Of a stretch of 64,000 bases of DNA, positions 48,369 to 61,414 are shown one piece after another. Within the stretch, counting starts at the first letter, position 1. Every line of letters starts with the position of its first letter. A program made the position numbers and the translations under genes. The notes beneath the pieces are model-generated. The model had not been told where the DNA came from. It was given only the letters and a program-made list of their open reading frames with translations, and made no database searches. The DNA is from Zygnema circumcarinatum SAG 698-1b. Its lineage: Eukaryota; Plantae; Zygnematophyceae. The stretch is from assembly GCA_037447605.1 (NCBI GenBank), contig CM074805.1, forward strand, positions 1,149,361-1,213,360, read 5' to 3'.

Positions 48369-51300
48369 CTAAATCCGTGATGTAATAAGAGGCGTGCTCC
48401 CCTCAAAGTAGGCTGCAGCGGCTGCCACTCCGCTGCCCAGAGCCACTGGGTACCCCACTTCCCGCAGAGCGAGCTCCACACCGGCAATTGCCCCCAACAG
48501 TTGTAGCTGCATAAAACGGCACAAGAAGGCCCGTCATAATAAGCCTGCTAACAGACAATGACTAAGAAGTGCAAAACTTAAAGCAGCACGAATTCACAAA
48601 ACAGAAGGAAAGCAAGTGTTGTCATACCTCATTGAGCTGTCCGAGATGTCCGATACGGAACACTTTTCCAGCTACTTTATTGAGTCCCACACCGAGGCTG
48701 AGATTGTACTTCTTCCACGCGATGCGCACCACTTCCCCACTGTCAATGTGGGGAGGCACCAAGACAGCTGTCACTGTGTCGCTGTGCCACTCGGGTTTCT
48801 GCGTGCAGAGCTTCAACCCCCATGCCTTCACGGCACACCTGCAGGGAGGGAGGACCCGAAAACATGTCAGGTTTGCACAATTGAGCACCAACCAAATTCG
48901 TAACACATCAACACAGTTTGGTCAAACACACTAGAGAGCACGTCAGAGCAAGAAATGTTGACAGTCTCCAACTACCTCGCAGAGACTTCGTCTTCAACTC
49001 TTGACCACACAGCTCCAAAACCTATGCCAGCTTTACTCCGACCATCGCTTTTCCATTTACACTTTGTTCCATTCATGTCCAGAGAACTCAAATATGGCAG
49101 CCAGCATGAGTAGAAAACAGCAGTCGATGGTGAAAGTAAGTCTCCTATTTTCATCACACCTTGTGCCCTCAGCGAGGCGAGTGTGGCGCTTGAATACGTT
49201 GCTGAGGCCTTCTTCGAAGAGCAAGTCCAAACTGGCACGAAGTCCATAGAGCATCTGCCACAAAGAATCCTTCAACTTTCAGCACAGTCCGCGCACGCCA
49301 TTGCATTTGGACAGGACAAAGTGATCCCAAAAGGACTGGTGTCTGAGCAGGGTTTGCAGAAACATGCACTTTTCGACAGAGCTCTCGATATCTAAGGATG
49401 GAAGCCTACAATTCTGCATGATTGAGCTCACACTGAGGTCTTTCAACACACATTAAGAAAAGCTAGAAGATTCTTCCCATGTCAATCACAGGTTTCGTGT
49501 CCATGACAGGTTAGGCAGGCGGAAAGGATGACTATGTACCTGGGAGGAGGGCGTGTATGGCCAATAACTGCCCATTTTGTAGAACTTAAGATAATCAGCC
49601 CAGTCGAAGAACACACGAGTGGCGGTACTGCAAGTAGAAAGGTAAGCACTTTCAGAGGTTTGAGCAAAGGTGAACTCAATGACACCGCGAACCAAGCAGC
49701 CTTGTCTCAACCTGTTTTAGTGCTAAGCCAAGTACAGGATTCACTGGCCAAAAAGTACACCAAGCACTCCATACCTGTGCTTTGCAGCTTCTAGAGCCTT
49801 TGGTGAAGCACAGACTATGCCAAGACCAGTGGGAAGGGATAGCGCTTTCTGTGAGCCCGTAAGCGCAACATCAACTCGCCATTCATCCTGACGGAACTCA
49901 ATCGCTCCAATCGAACTCACTCCGTCCACAAGAAGCAATGCGGGATGTGAACATTCGTCTGCCGGCATGCTCCAACAATGCACAGGTCAGCTACAGCTTC
50001 AAACATAATGAGGAGAAGGAGAGAGAGCAGTCCGGAGACAGCAACGGCCAGACTCCTTCCCCACTGGCAATGGATAAGTTCTTCAGAATCGCAAATCCAA
50101 ATGACAGGAAAACATGCGAAGCTATGTGACCAAATGCTTTCGTTACAATTACTACACCGTAACACACTACTACTTTGTGCAGCCGAGTCCGAGAGAAAAT
50201 GACGAATTGAACACCGAGTGTAATGGTCAGCGGGCATGGAAATTGAGATATGCGATTGGGTGTTCCGGGCAATAAGAGAATAAGGAAGGACAATAGACGA
50301 GAGGGCTAGAGGCTTTGCGAACCAACAGCAGCACAAAGCGAGAGAGTGGAAGAGAACGCGAAGGGGGGGGAAGAGAGAGGGCGACAGAGTGAGAGAAGGA
50401 TACAGAGAGAGAGAGAGAGAGAGAGAGAACATGGTTGCTAAACAAAGCAATAGGAAAACAAAGCAGGCATGGATAGTGCCAACGACAAGAGGCAGAAAAA
50501 GAGAAAAACTAGATTGGAGGAAACGCAAAAGCAAGAGGCGAAGATTATACCAAGAACTCGACGAACTGCTCCAATGTTGTTTGTGACACCAGTAGCAGTC
50601 TCATTGTGCACTACACACACCGCCTTCACTCTGTGCCCGGGGTCTGCCAAGAGCTTCTGTCGGAGAACCTCCGGTTCCACACCCGCCCCCCAGTCACAGT
50701 CCACCACATCTACATTGTACTTCAGCCGCTGCATTTGGTCAATCCACAGAAGGCTGAACTGGCCCATGCGGAAGGAGATAATTCGGTCGCCTGGTGAGAG
50801 AGTATTTGTCAATGCAGACTCCCACGCTCCAGTTCCTGCAGGTACAGGCATGCTTTAGGATAACAAATCATGTGCATTATTAAGATTAAGCTTCTTCCAG
50901 AACCTAGTAGTGCGGATAGGCGATACTAAACTAGCAATCTGCACGAACCTGAAAAAAGAGAACTTGTCGAATACAGCTTGAGGAAGTCCTCCTAGTAACA
51001 CCCAGTCTAGAAATGCCTACTTACAGGCTATGAAAAGGTCAACATAAACTACAATACTCGCTTGGCGAGCAGAGCTCACTATCCAGCCTATTCAAACCAT
51101 TCCTCCAATAGACTTGAAAGCTGTATGCCAGCACGCCACAACAGGAAAGTGCGAGTGCCCTGACTCTGCTTGCTGATGCATTTAAGTTGAGGACTGAAAA
51201 GATATAACGGTTCAACGTTCTTATATAAAATAACGACAAAACGGAAAATGTGGAGTAGTCGCATTGTCATGACCAGACTACGACCCTCACCAGTCGAAGG

Positions 51301-51495
51301 AAAAATGAAAGAAGTGCCCTCCGTTGAACCAAAAAGCTTCTTCACGTCGTCAATCACAGAACGGCTGAGCTTTGGAAAGGCAGGCGAGCGATGGTCCTCA
51401 TTCCCGCGAGCCATGGCCCTTGTCACTGCCTCCGGCACATTGGTAGGCCCCGGAACAAACAGATGGTTCCTCCCGGGAGCAGGGTAGTACTCCAT
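48369..51495 (-). CDS. AGT1: Peroxisomal serine:glyoxylate aminotransferase (alanine:glyoxylate aminotransferase 1)
   Basis: PGRNHLFVPGPTNVP, FPSTGTGAWESALTNTLSPGD, VHNETATGV, LLLVDGVSSI, PLP-lysine motif TGSQKALSLP, VFRIGHLG, and a C-terminal PTS1 ..LITSRI*. Seven exons in phase. Confidence 0.98.
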
Positions 51496-52001
51496 CTTCG
51501 CTTATCTCAGCCCTTCCCCTTCAACCAATACTCCACAACACGCACGAAAACCCTCCCTCGCTTACTACCAATACCTCACTCCTACCTCTTCCCACTCTTC
51601 AATCTCCCACACCCCTCCCGTCCTTCCCTCTGCAGAACCTTACCCTAATCCTCACCCCAACCAGCCGGCTGTCTGCCTGCCTATCTTCCAGGGCCTCCTC
51701 CCGGGCAGCCTCCGCCCTCGCCCCGGTTCGAGTCCAGGTGAGCTCCGCCCCCCGGGAGGGATCCCCTACGGCCCTAGGGCCTAGGCCTACGGGGGAGGCT
51801 ACGGTCGCCACGTGTCGCCCGGTCAGCTGCTTGCGGCGGAGTGGCGCCGAGCGAGGGAGGCTCCCAAGGCCGCCCTTCGCACGTGCGGTCGGAGCAAGGC
51901 TTGAGGCTGGCCGCTCGTCCGCCTCCGGACACGTGCGAAGACGGCCGCCGGTTGGATGCGGCAGAGGGCTGTTCACAGAGGACGGGCGGAAACCAGTTTG
52001 G

Positions 52002-52177
52002 ATGGGTCATGGTATGGGCATGGGCATGGGCATCGCCTCATGGGCACGGCCTCATGGGCATGAGCATGGGCAGGTGCTCATGGGCATGTGCACGGGCATG
52101 GCTCCATGAATGGGAGGCGCTGGGCATGGAAGATGTGTATGTGCAAAAATCAATGGCTCTGGGCATGCATGCATGGG
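52002..52177. repeat. Degenerate (ATGGGC)n minisatellite
   Basis: Nine exact TGGGCA units plus variants between the DNMT3 3' end and the AGT1 promoter. Confidence 0.85.
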
Positions 52178-52631
52178 TGGTGTAGCCTCTATTCTATTCA
52201 TAAGATGAGAAATGGGAAAAGGCGAGAGGAACAGGCACTGGAGATTTCACAAAGAGGGTTGCGAAGGCGAAGGGAAGCAAGAGGAGAGGATCTGATACTC
52301 AGGAGGTACAGCAAACCAGACTATAAGTGAGTCAGTCTGCCACTGAAGCCAAGTTATAGGCACAAGTGGCAAGCTTTACGATGATTTCTATGCAACATAT
52401 AAGCTGCTCCCTAGACAATGAATACATTCCTTTATTCCTTCGTCTTATTTGAGACGAAGCTCGCTGAAACCCTCCTAAGCCCACCTTGTGGTTTGTGGCA
52501 GTAATTAGCCAGTGAAGTTTCGTCATGATCTGGGCAACCTAATTGCTGAAACTATGCCACAAATTTTGCAGCAGTAATATAAGTAGCAAGCGCAAAAAAA
52601 AAAAAAAATAAGGAGGACTTCAATGCTTCGG

Positions 52632-55600
52632 TCATTCTCCCCCCAAGTCTGCTTTATTGTCGATTAAGTTGTGCGGCTCCAGAATGAATGTGCAGCAGTT
52701 GTTTTTGTAAAAGTACGGCACCTCAAAGGCAAACACCGACAAATCGGTCGCATCCTGTTCGCGGTCCGAGAACCTGTCCAACCCTCTCAAAAAACATCAA
52801 ATAAAAAATGATTTTGTCAGTAAGTCTCTGAACATCAAACGTTTACCTACAAACAGCCCATCTTTTCGTACCTGCTTTACAATTACAAGCTCACACAGTC
52901 ACTATTCCGACGTGAAGGAGACTATTCTTTCGAGTTCCTCCACATTTGAGTTTTAGACAAAATGTCGTGAATAGAAACAATGTCTACTCACCTATATTCA
53001 ATTCTGCTGGTCTTCACCAAAACTCGGACTCGTGCTTTGAAGCCTTCATTTCCCACTTTGACAAAGTCAAGGCCTTCTCGACGGATGCTACTCTCCACCA
53101 CATACTGCAAACACTTACCACCAAGTGTTGTAATGATTATAATTAAATCGAAATTTAGCACAAACAATCGAATTTGATTAACCCAAAGGAGTACTTTACT
53201 CGCTATCCGATGGTCAAACTTCATGAGCAGAACGGAGCAGCACTCCAAAATGCTCAGTTCATGGCCCCACTGCCAACTATATCAGAAGAGGCTGACTGGT
53301 CCGGCATACATACCACATGCGCAAAAGTATTTTTCATGCTCTTATCTCGCACAGCCCACACTGAGTCCTTTCCTGGATAAATAAAGTAGTTCCCATTCTC
53401 GAGCGACAGGAAGGATGTTACTCTGCGTCCACATGCAAGCAAGCAGATGCAAAGTTCAAGCAGCAATACCCATATATTCCAGATCTGCATGGGTGCATCT
53501 GCCCTCCCTTTTCCTGCCTTCCTTGCTTTTCAGTGTGGCTTTTTCCCAGCCCCAGTGACTAAAATTTTCGCAGCATAAACCATGTCAACAAGCGCTTTGA
53601 AGACGTACTACCACATCATATGCATACTACATGCGTAAGGGGAATGAAAGGTCCGCAAGCCGCAAACCACCTGTGTGAAAACATCTTCAAAGGGTCGGTC
53701 TGCGTGTCGCGAGTGATCTCTTCCGGCGTGTTGCGCGTTTGGAAGGAGCCCGTCCCTCTCTCTGTTGCTCTCCCACTGCTCCCGTCCTTAGGGTTCCAAT
53801 CGAGCTCCAACATGGCATATTGCTCCGTGAATTCGAGATAGTCCCTGGAAACAGCAAGCAGAAAAAAGCTTTGTATAGAGACAAACATATTCGTATACAT
53901 ACCCTTCCCTTCTGCTCGTTTCCCTTGTCGAGGAGACAAGGTAAGGACGAAGAGAGGTAGGCAAAGCTCTTGGGGCTTACAGTACAATTTTTAGGCATGG
54001 AGTACTCCTGCCTTTGGAAGATTCAGCGAATCGCCCCCCTGCCCGACTGCGGATGAATGCATACCAATTGGGTCTTCCAGCATCGCTGTAAAGGGCCCAC
54101 AGCTGCACATCCAGTAAAAGCATGATCCATTTCACATTCATGACCCTTCAGATTGTCTGCAGTACAAACATTTGCATTTGATGTTGTTCCCCTCCCTCTC
54201 GCACTGCTCAGTGATTAGACAAACCTTGAGGGCAGTTTCGTGTTAGAATAGGGAACAGAAACTCAGCAGAAACTTTCCGAATCGCACCTCATCTGGTTGC
54301 AAAAAGGCGCACTTCTGCGACGTAACGTTTGGCGGTACGACTTCAGGCAGCTTTAGAGGAGAGGCTGCTAAGCGCACCTCTGCTTTCAAAAGGGGAGAGC
54401 AGATGTAAGCCATTACAGGCACCTGCACATTGCGAAACGAAAAGGACTCGTAGAGTAACTTCAGCTTCAAGTAGCAAATTTGCAAACACAAGTCTGAATT
54501 GCCAACGCTTCAAAGCGCTCAGCGGGTGGGAGGATTTGTGCTAGCCTTCCGACTATTTGTTGATCGACTCAAAAGTGACTATACAAGAAAATTTACTTCT
54601 GGTCATCTATAATAACGAGACAAACCTACGGTGAGTTCATATGGATCCTCAATCCAGTCAAAAAGCTGATATCAGCAAGTTGTGGATGAGCTGCTATGGA
54701 AGCAGATTTGTTGGAAGTGGAGATTATTATTGGTAACGCAATAGGCTTAGAATATCCAACTGTGGCACCCAGAACTGACATTCTGAGTGGAGTAGAAAGA
54801 GAAGGCCAAAGGTAGAAATGGATGTGAAAAAGCAGTGATTTCCACTGCCCCACTCACAGAAAACGAATTGCCCAAAAGCTTCCAGCGACTCTTCCAATTG
54901 ATCTCGCCTAATCTTGCACGATTACTTCCTACGAGTCTCCTTGTTCCTCCGGGCTTTCCACGCTTTCTGTTTTCTCAAAAGCCCATCCCAACCGAGTGAG
55001 ACTGGTGAAGGGCACATAAAAAAATAGCCCCACATTAGCATAAGTCTTACAAATAACTCGTCATCCTGGACCTCCTGCTTTGAATAAGGCTCACCGTGCA
55101 ATTATACATCTATGGACTGCTTTGAAAACCACAATTCTATCCCAAATATTTCACCTTTTTGGCTTCTTGTGTCTCCATTCTTCCCATTCTTCGTCCTCCA
55201 CGCTATGACCAGACGTGTTGCTTTCTTTCTCGCACTTTTCGTCATAAGGGGATACTCCGTTCAACTCACTATCTTCCCCAGATGGTTCACCATCAATGTC
55301 GACATCCTCCTCCTCATCGATGACATCCTTACGAATGAACAACGTTTCAGTTGTTAAACACGAGTCAGATTCATTTTGTCTACTTCCATTGCTAGCCTTG
55401 TACACATCTTTGCCCTTATCATCCTCCTCGAGCTCTTTGGAATTGCTCCAATTTCCAATCCTCGACAGCCTTGTAATAGGAGTTCGGGTTGCTAAGTTGT
55501 CTGTGTCAGAGGTGGATAGGGGAGGAGATTCTTCATATGAAAGTTGAATATTTGTATAATCATCTGGCAGCCCAAATATGCGCTCAACTTCCCTCGCGTT

Positions 55601-57130
55601 CAGTGATCGGAAGTGATTGGTCTCACGACACCATACAGGTTGAACACGGGCTTTACGTTGGATACCAAAGTTTTTCAACATGATAGTCTGTGCGAAGTGG
55701 TGAAATCACAAACATGCAGAACAAGCAATGGCGGTGTTAGGCAACACTCTGTATGATTATAATCATGCGCTTTTGCTGCCACTTGGTTGACAATGTTGAG
55801 ACTTCAGAACTCGGCAGCTTTCGAATTCTACACATACCCCGCACTTGCTTTCTAACGCTGTTGCATCCTCCAAAACATGTTGCAATTGTGTTGTCCGGTG
55901 CATACGCAGTGAGGGCATCTCTTTGGGGATGGGGATGTTCGTCCAAAAGTAACGCCTGCGTGCTTGCGGAGTCAGCTCCGCAGAATCGATCTCAACGGGG
56001 GGGACTCCGAGGTACTTAGTCACTTCGTCTCGATCTATCCAAGTCATGCTCTGCACATTCTCCACCACAAACCTGCAGTCCCCTTAATAAGGCCAAGTTA
56101 GAACAATAGTCTGATCTTTATCTAAGTACTTTAGTAGCTCCTTCGGGGTCTGATCCATTCATCGCATCATTCGCGCGACTTTACACAGTAGAAAAGGAAT
56201 AATTGACTGCATCTACGAGCAGAACATGAACCAAATGTGGAACTTGCAGTATATCTCCAATAGAGATTTCTGCACCAAGGGCTTGTTTTGAAAGGCCAAT
56301 GGGGGAGGCTTACCAAGTGGGCTTAAACTCTTGGAGAATGCGTAGAAGGTGGAAAAAAAGGCCGCTGCGAGGGCCATGCAGCCTGCAAGGAGGGAAGATC
56401 AGGCATCAAAGAATGGCCCAAATTAGTCGGCTTCATAAGTCGCTAGAGTTGGTTAACAATGCAACGAGTCTCGGTTCAGCAATCAGGGCTTGAGCTTTGG
56501 GCAGGTCGTTGGGACCAAAAGTTAAAGAGTTATAGGGATAGACACAAATTTCAAAGGGATATCAGTACTGTACTACTCCTTAGGTTGGCAAGGAACCAGT
56601 CCAAGGGAGCAGAGCAGGCTTCACCTACCCGAGCCTGTACTTGTTCATTGCGCTCAAATCTTGGCAAGGAAAGCCTCCAACAACAAGGTCCACCACCTGC
56701 TCCACAACATCTTGCGGCTTGATCTTTTGCACATCTCCCAAGTGAATGACGTTTGGCCATCTTTGCTTCACCACTTGTATGGCGTCAGGGTCCTGCAAGC
56801 CGCCATGGAGGAAAGTTCACTCAAACACGTTGGATGTGACGTCACCATCGCATCAGTGAAGAAGGCCATTGACTGATACTGACAGCAGGATCCGTGGAAT
56901 GCTAAGTCCAGCAAGAAAACAAGGAAAAAAGCTTTGGATACTTTCTATTGAGGACTCACCACCTCCGAGGAATAACCAATTGTAGGAATACCCAAGTTAT
57001 GGAGAGCTTGCCAAGTAGCTCCAAGACCATCAAACAGGCTGAGAACAACAAGATTCCGGTCCTTCCATGGTCCTGCTTCCTTCTTTAAGGTTTCAAGCCA
57101 TCCGGGTCCTGAAACCATCTCATTCTCCAT
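52632..57130 (-). CDS. DNMT3: DNMT3-type C5 cytosine methyltransferase with C-terminal DUF3444 (N-terminus tentative)
   Basis: Non-permuted motifs: I VLSLFDGLG, IV GGFPCQDLS, VI VENV, VIII IDSAELTPQARRRYFWTNIP, IX EVERIFGLPDDYT, X RWKLLGNSFSVPVM. DUF3444-like segments follow: LWALYSDAGRPNWYAFI, GTGSF, MFSHR, YFIYPGKDSVWAV, FAFEVPYF..FILEP. Confidence 0.9.
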
Positions 57131-58011
57131 CTGCTGAACCAATGCAGACAATGCGTGCTTCAGACGAGGGACACCCTCTCAAGAGGACCGTCGGTCTGGT
57201 CAGAAGTCTCTCATTTCAAGACTGGCACAAAATGAATATTCAAAGACCAATGCCAATGCAGCATATTATGCCGACAACAACCTGGTTGTTCCAAGATTCT
57301 AGAAAAAGTATGAATATTGAGGACTTTCTTAAAGTTGTCTGTGTTGTGCTCGAGGTTGTTACAACCTGGAGCACCTTTAACTGCTTAGAACCTAATAAAA
57401 AAATCCATCATTATTCCAGACGGGGTTCAAAGGCGATGGACAATTGACAAACTTGTAACTATAATTAAACCTCACATTTTGCAGATCATGCTGGTCTTTA
57501 GTTATCTGATAGCGACTGCGAGAGTTTACTCGCAGAGACTTGAAAGTTGAAAGCCATGCCCGGAGTTAACCGTAGTTCTCTTTAATAGCGACTGTTGGAC
57601 GGGAGGAAGTCAAAGCAGGTAGTGGATTCTTCAAGGTACTAATAAACATGGCACAATTGGACAATGTCTAAACTATATATGGCCCAGAGGAGCAATGCAG
57701 AAATGATTGATTTGAACGGCTCAACAAAAAAAAAGGGGGGAGCATCATCAAACGGTTTACAAACGGAAATGATGACCAGCACTGCTTACATTGTGCAATC
57801 AAGCAACAAGGCAGCCCTAGAAGCAGCCGCAAAGGTCGTCGATGTGTGGCACCTCGCGTGGAGGGAGCGGCGGAAGGCCACCAGCACGGTCACCAGCAAC
57901 CGCAGCACGCCGAAGGAGCGTAGAAGCGAGGAAGACGGCACCGCTGAAGTGCGACGGAAATAAGCGGGAAGCGTAGCGGTGAAAGGAAGGCAGTTTCCAG
58001 CTCAGAGCATT

Positions 58012-58103
58012 TCCTCTGTGACCAATTGGCCCCTCGTGGTTCCCGATGTTGGCTTTGTTGTCCCTCCATGTTGTCCATCGCCATAGTGACGTGACATCAA
58101 TGC
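58012..58103 (-). repeat. Dispersed ~90-100 bp intergenic element, copy 4 (diverged)
   Basis: The reverse complement gcattgatgtcacgtcactatggcgatggacaacatggagggacaacaaagccaacatcgggaaccacgaggggccaattggtcacagagga shares GCATTGAT.TCAC, ATGGCGATG, CAACAT, GGAACCACGAGG and TGGTC.CA.AGGA with the other copies. Confidence 0.7.
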
Positions 58104-58855
58104 TGCTCCCTTTCCAAGGCAGAGCGTGTACCGGCTCCAGCGGAGCGGCTCCTGGAGCCGCCCTCGGCCTCTTTCTTGTTTTGATAGACGAGTAGAAATG
58201 GCGCAGTTGGTTTTAAACCGTGTGACGTGCAGGGCCACTCTGACGCTAGTAAGGCAGGCAGCCCCTGAAGCGGAAGTTTGCAACAATGTAAAGTCTGCAT
58301 GTTCTTATGGTGGCATTTAATCAGGCAGTTTGTGTGGGGCTGCCCGCAGAGGCTGCCCAACGATTTCCTTGGAACAGCAGCCAAGTGAAGACCAGCAGGA
58401 ACAGCCACAGTGGAATCTCAACAGCATCATTCAAGCTCTGATAGGGAGGAGGCTCTCAACATGTACTTTCGCTACTTTATTGCATATCCACAGCATTCAA
58501 ACTTTAGTTTGTCAAACTTTAGTTGTGGCCCTTGGGCCTTTGCACTAGCTATGCCGCGAAATAACTGCTCTTCAATTGACGTCACTCTGAAAGTCACTTT
58601 CTTAATTTCCAAATGATAGAATGACGAGATGCCCCACTTTCAAGCTGGCTAATGCCTAATAATGTCGTTTCTACCCATCCCTATAGAACTTGGGACAATA
58701 CCCTAGAGCTCACAAGGAAGCCGAGGCAGGAAGCCTCGCCCAACAGGGTGAATCTCCCCAAATTCGTTGGATGACAGGAAGCTCAAGTCTTCGATCACAA
58801 GCCTCCTGTACACGAGTCTGAGATGATCACAAAATTTTCCTCCACATTCCTCCGC

Positions 58856-60407
58856 CTAAGGAAGAAGCCGGCGTTGTCGCCTTCGACCTTTTTGGCAGCG
58901 TTGAGATAAGAACAGTGCAATGACGAGAAGGAATGCGAGTGCCAGGTAGACCCAAGCAAGCGCCGCATAGCCGACACATAAAGCCACCATGGTCGCAAGA
59001 AGGAGCACACCGAGTAGAATGAGGCATAGGCTTATTCGGGGGGCCTCATCCTCCCTGCACGAGTAACAAGACAAGAAGAATTGCGTCATGGGCCATTCTG
59101 CCATAAAAACGCCTGACTCTCCCAGGACAGAGTTCCACCCGCACTGCATAGCTTCAAGGACCAAAAACTAAAACTACGACGATGGACATAAGACTTGCGC
59201 CTACAAATCAACAAGTACACTTACAGTCTAGTTATTAATCTCGATCAGATTCGCCTACAGCCCAAATGTTCTACTATGTGATTTCGTCTTGCTAGTCTAA
59301 TCTAAAGTGCAGAAACACAAAGACAAGCCTAACACTGAGCGACTGAATGAGGTCCAACGACTGTGAAACAAGTCAGCCGGGCTAAATAAAAGAATAAGGT
59401 TTTTTGCACAATCCGTGCATAGGAATGAGAGCAAAACCATTCAAGTCAGCTCCAGAAATGCAAGCAGTCAACAAAAATGAACAAGCATGCGATAAAGATC
59501 AAGCCCACGCGTGAGTGATCAGAAAGCTTCTTCACGAGCCAAACGATTGAACTCCAATTGGCAGGCCAAGAAAATAAAAGTTAACGGCCACCTCGTAGCT
59601 CCATAGTACATTCTATACAGGGAAGGTTATGGGGAAGAACAACCCAGCCCAAAAATAACACAGTTAAACAACCACACGAAAGAAGCGAAGGCAGATTTCT
59701 AGGAAAGAAGTATAACAAACGAAATCGCCATTGCTGGCCAAGGAGTTCCATAACGGACACTTCCAGTTTAACGGTTTTAATATCATATCTTAAAGAGAGA
59801 GTAGCCCTCCACAAGTTCCTATTTAGCAACAAAAATGCAGAGAGTCATGCTTTCTTGGTTAAAAAATTCATACAAAGACAAGACTATGCAGAGCTTTAAT
59901 GTCTGATTTCACTTTCCAAGAAAGAGTTCCCCTTCACGCTTAAGATCTTTCCTTCGGCTAATGAATGAATAGCCACCCATCCTTCATCTCCAGTCACCTG
60001 ATCCAAAACAATCGAATACGAGGATCCATCTTTATAGGGAGTCTTATTTTCCTTGGAAAGGCGTGACACGAATAAACATTCCTCTTTCGTTTCTTGGAGT
60101 GGCTCTATGGGCCTTTAATCTACTTGACTAAAGATAGCCGAAGCCAACATGGCCATGTGAGGAAAAATGCAAAAAAATCCCACCTTATAATTTTTCCGAA
60201 GAAGTTTGCTGACGCCCAATCATGACCTTTCCTCTGTTGATATTCCCGCAGCTGCTCCGCAAGGTTTTTACGTGTAATTTTCTTTGGAGCCGGAGTAGAA
60301 AGGGTCCGTGGCAGATTAGGAGAATACTGACTACCAGAGGAGCTGTAACACCTTGACGCGCCGGACGTGGTCCCGCTGAAGCTAAAACTGCTGCTCACAA
60401 AATCCAT
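58856..60407 (-). CDS. Small (~140 aa) two-TM protein of a conserved, uncharacterised plant family
   Basis: Exons 60407-60184 and 59054-58856 join in phase: ..NLAEQLREYQQRKGHDWASANFFG..RISLCLILLGVLLLATMVALCVGYAALAWVYLALAFLLVIALFLSQRCQKGRRRQRRLLP*. From memory this resembles land-plant proteins with LAEQLREYQ..HDWAS and a ..RRMLLP tail. Confidence 0.75.
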
Positions 60408-60878
60408 GGCCTCAAATCCAATGATGGAAATTTCTTCGAGAACAAATATGAGCTACTCGATATCTTCACCCAGGGAGGGAGGCAGGGAGCCAGGGAGTGT
60501 TAACAACGAAGGTGAGCTTCAGGTGTCACTTCACTTCGTGGCAAGAGACAAACGACGACACACGGAATCCAAAACTTCGAGACTCGCATGTCTATGAACT
60601 GCGACCAACGGCAAGATAGTGGTCACCATCTCCTGCTGAGTGAACAGCATCTCTTCCACTACTTCCGTTTTTTTTCCAGTATCACGTAGACATAGAAACA
60701 GGGAGGCAGCTTTGCTCAGTCTTATCCGTGAAAGAATAAGACATCAACAGCAACCAAGCCTTTACGACTGACGAATCAATGATCGACCGAACAACACTCA
60801 GAAAACCAAGATCACTGCTTCGCCAGTTCACAGAACCGCACAGGAGCTACACAAGAGATGTGGATCCCTCTCCCCTTT

Positions 60879-60969
60879 CCCGTTCCCTCTCCTCTCCCTC
60901 TCCCTCTCCCTCTCCCTCTCCCTCTCCTCCCTCTCCTCCCTCTCCCTCTCCCTATCCTCTCCTCTCCCT
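60879..60969. repeat. (CTCTCC)n-type low-complexity tract in the 5' UTR region of the small TM gene
   Basis: Directly visible; GA-rich on the sense strand. Confidence 0.9.
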
Positions 60970-61414
60970 GCTGCACACGTCGCCCGCAAACCGCCAGAAA
61001 ACGGGAGGCAGAGAGCAGCTGACCGTTCGAATTATGACGTCTGCGCCTCCAAGGCGCCCCCCCGTGACCGTACGGGGCCGGGCCCGCCGCCGGCGCTGGC
61101 GCCGGTACGGCCTGTTGGGGACGCCTGGCGAGCACTGGGCGGACAGGCGGACGCGCGGTACGACTCGCCGCAGGCTCCCAGCGACGCGTTGGGACACGGT
61201 TCCCGGACGGGGGAAAGCGCGGGCCGGCCACAACGTTCAGAGCAGAGGACGACGCTTTTGGGAAGCGCGCTTGGGAGGGAGGGAGGGAGGGAGGGAGGGC
61301 GGCGATACGGCGCAGTTCAGCAGTAAGGTATGCGGGCGGCCAAACTTGGGTGCGAAAATTTTGACTGGTTGCATGTGCGCATGAATTAGACGGAACAGAG
61401 AACTTTTGTCCTTT

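Noticed and set aside
60531-60650. 39-codon upstream ORF in the leader of the small TM gene
   Set aside because: No similarity to conserved-peptide uORFs I know, and it may lie in a 5'-UTR intron.
60779-61384. Long Pro/Ser/Arg-rich ORFs here and at 14418-15146
   Set aside because: They arise from stop-poor GC-rich promoter and GA/CT microsatellite DNA. Only the GT4 frame from ATG 14845 is supported.
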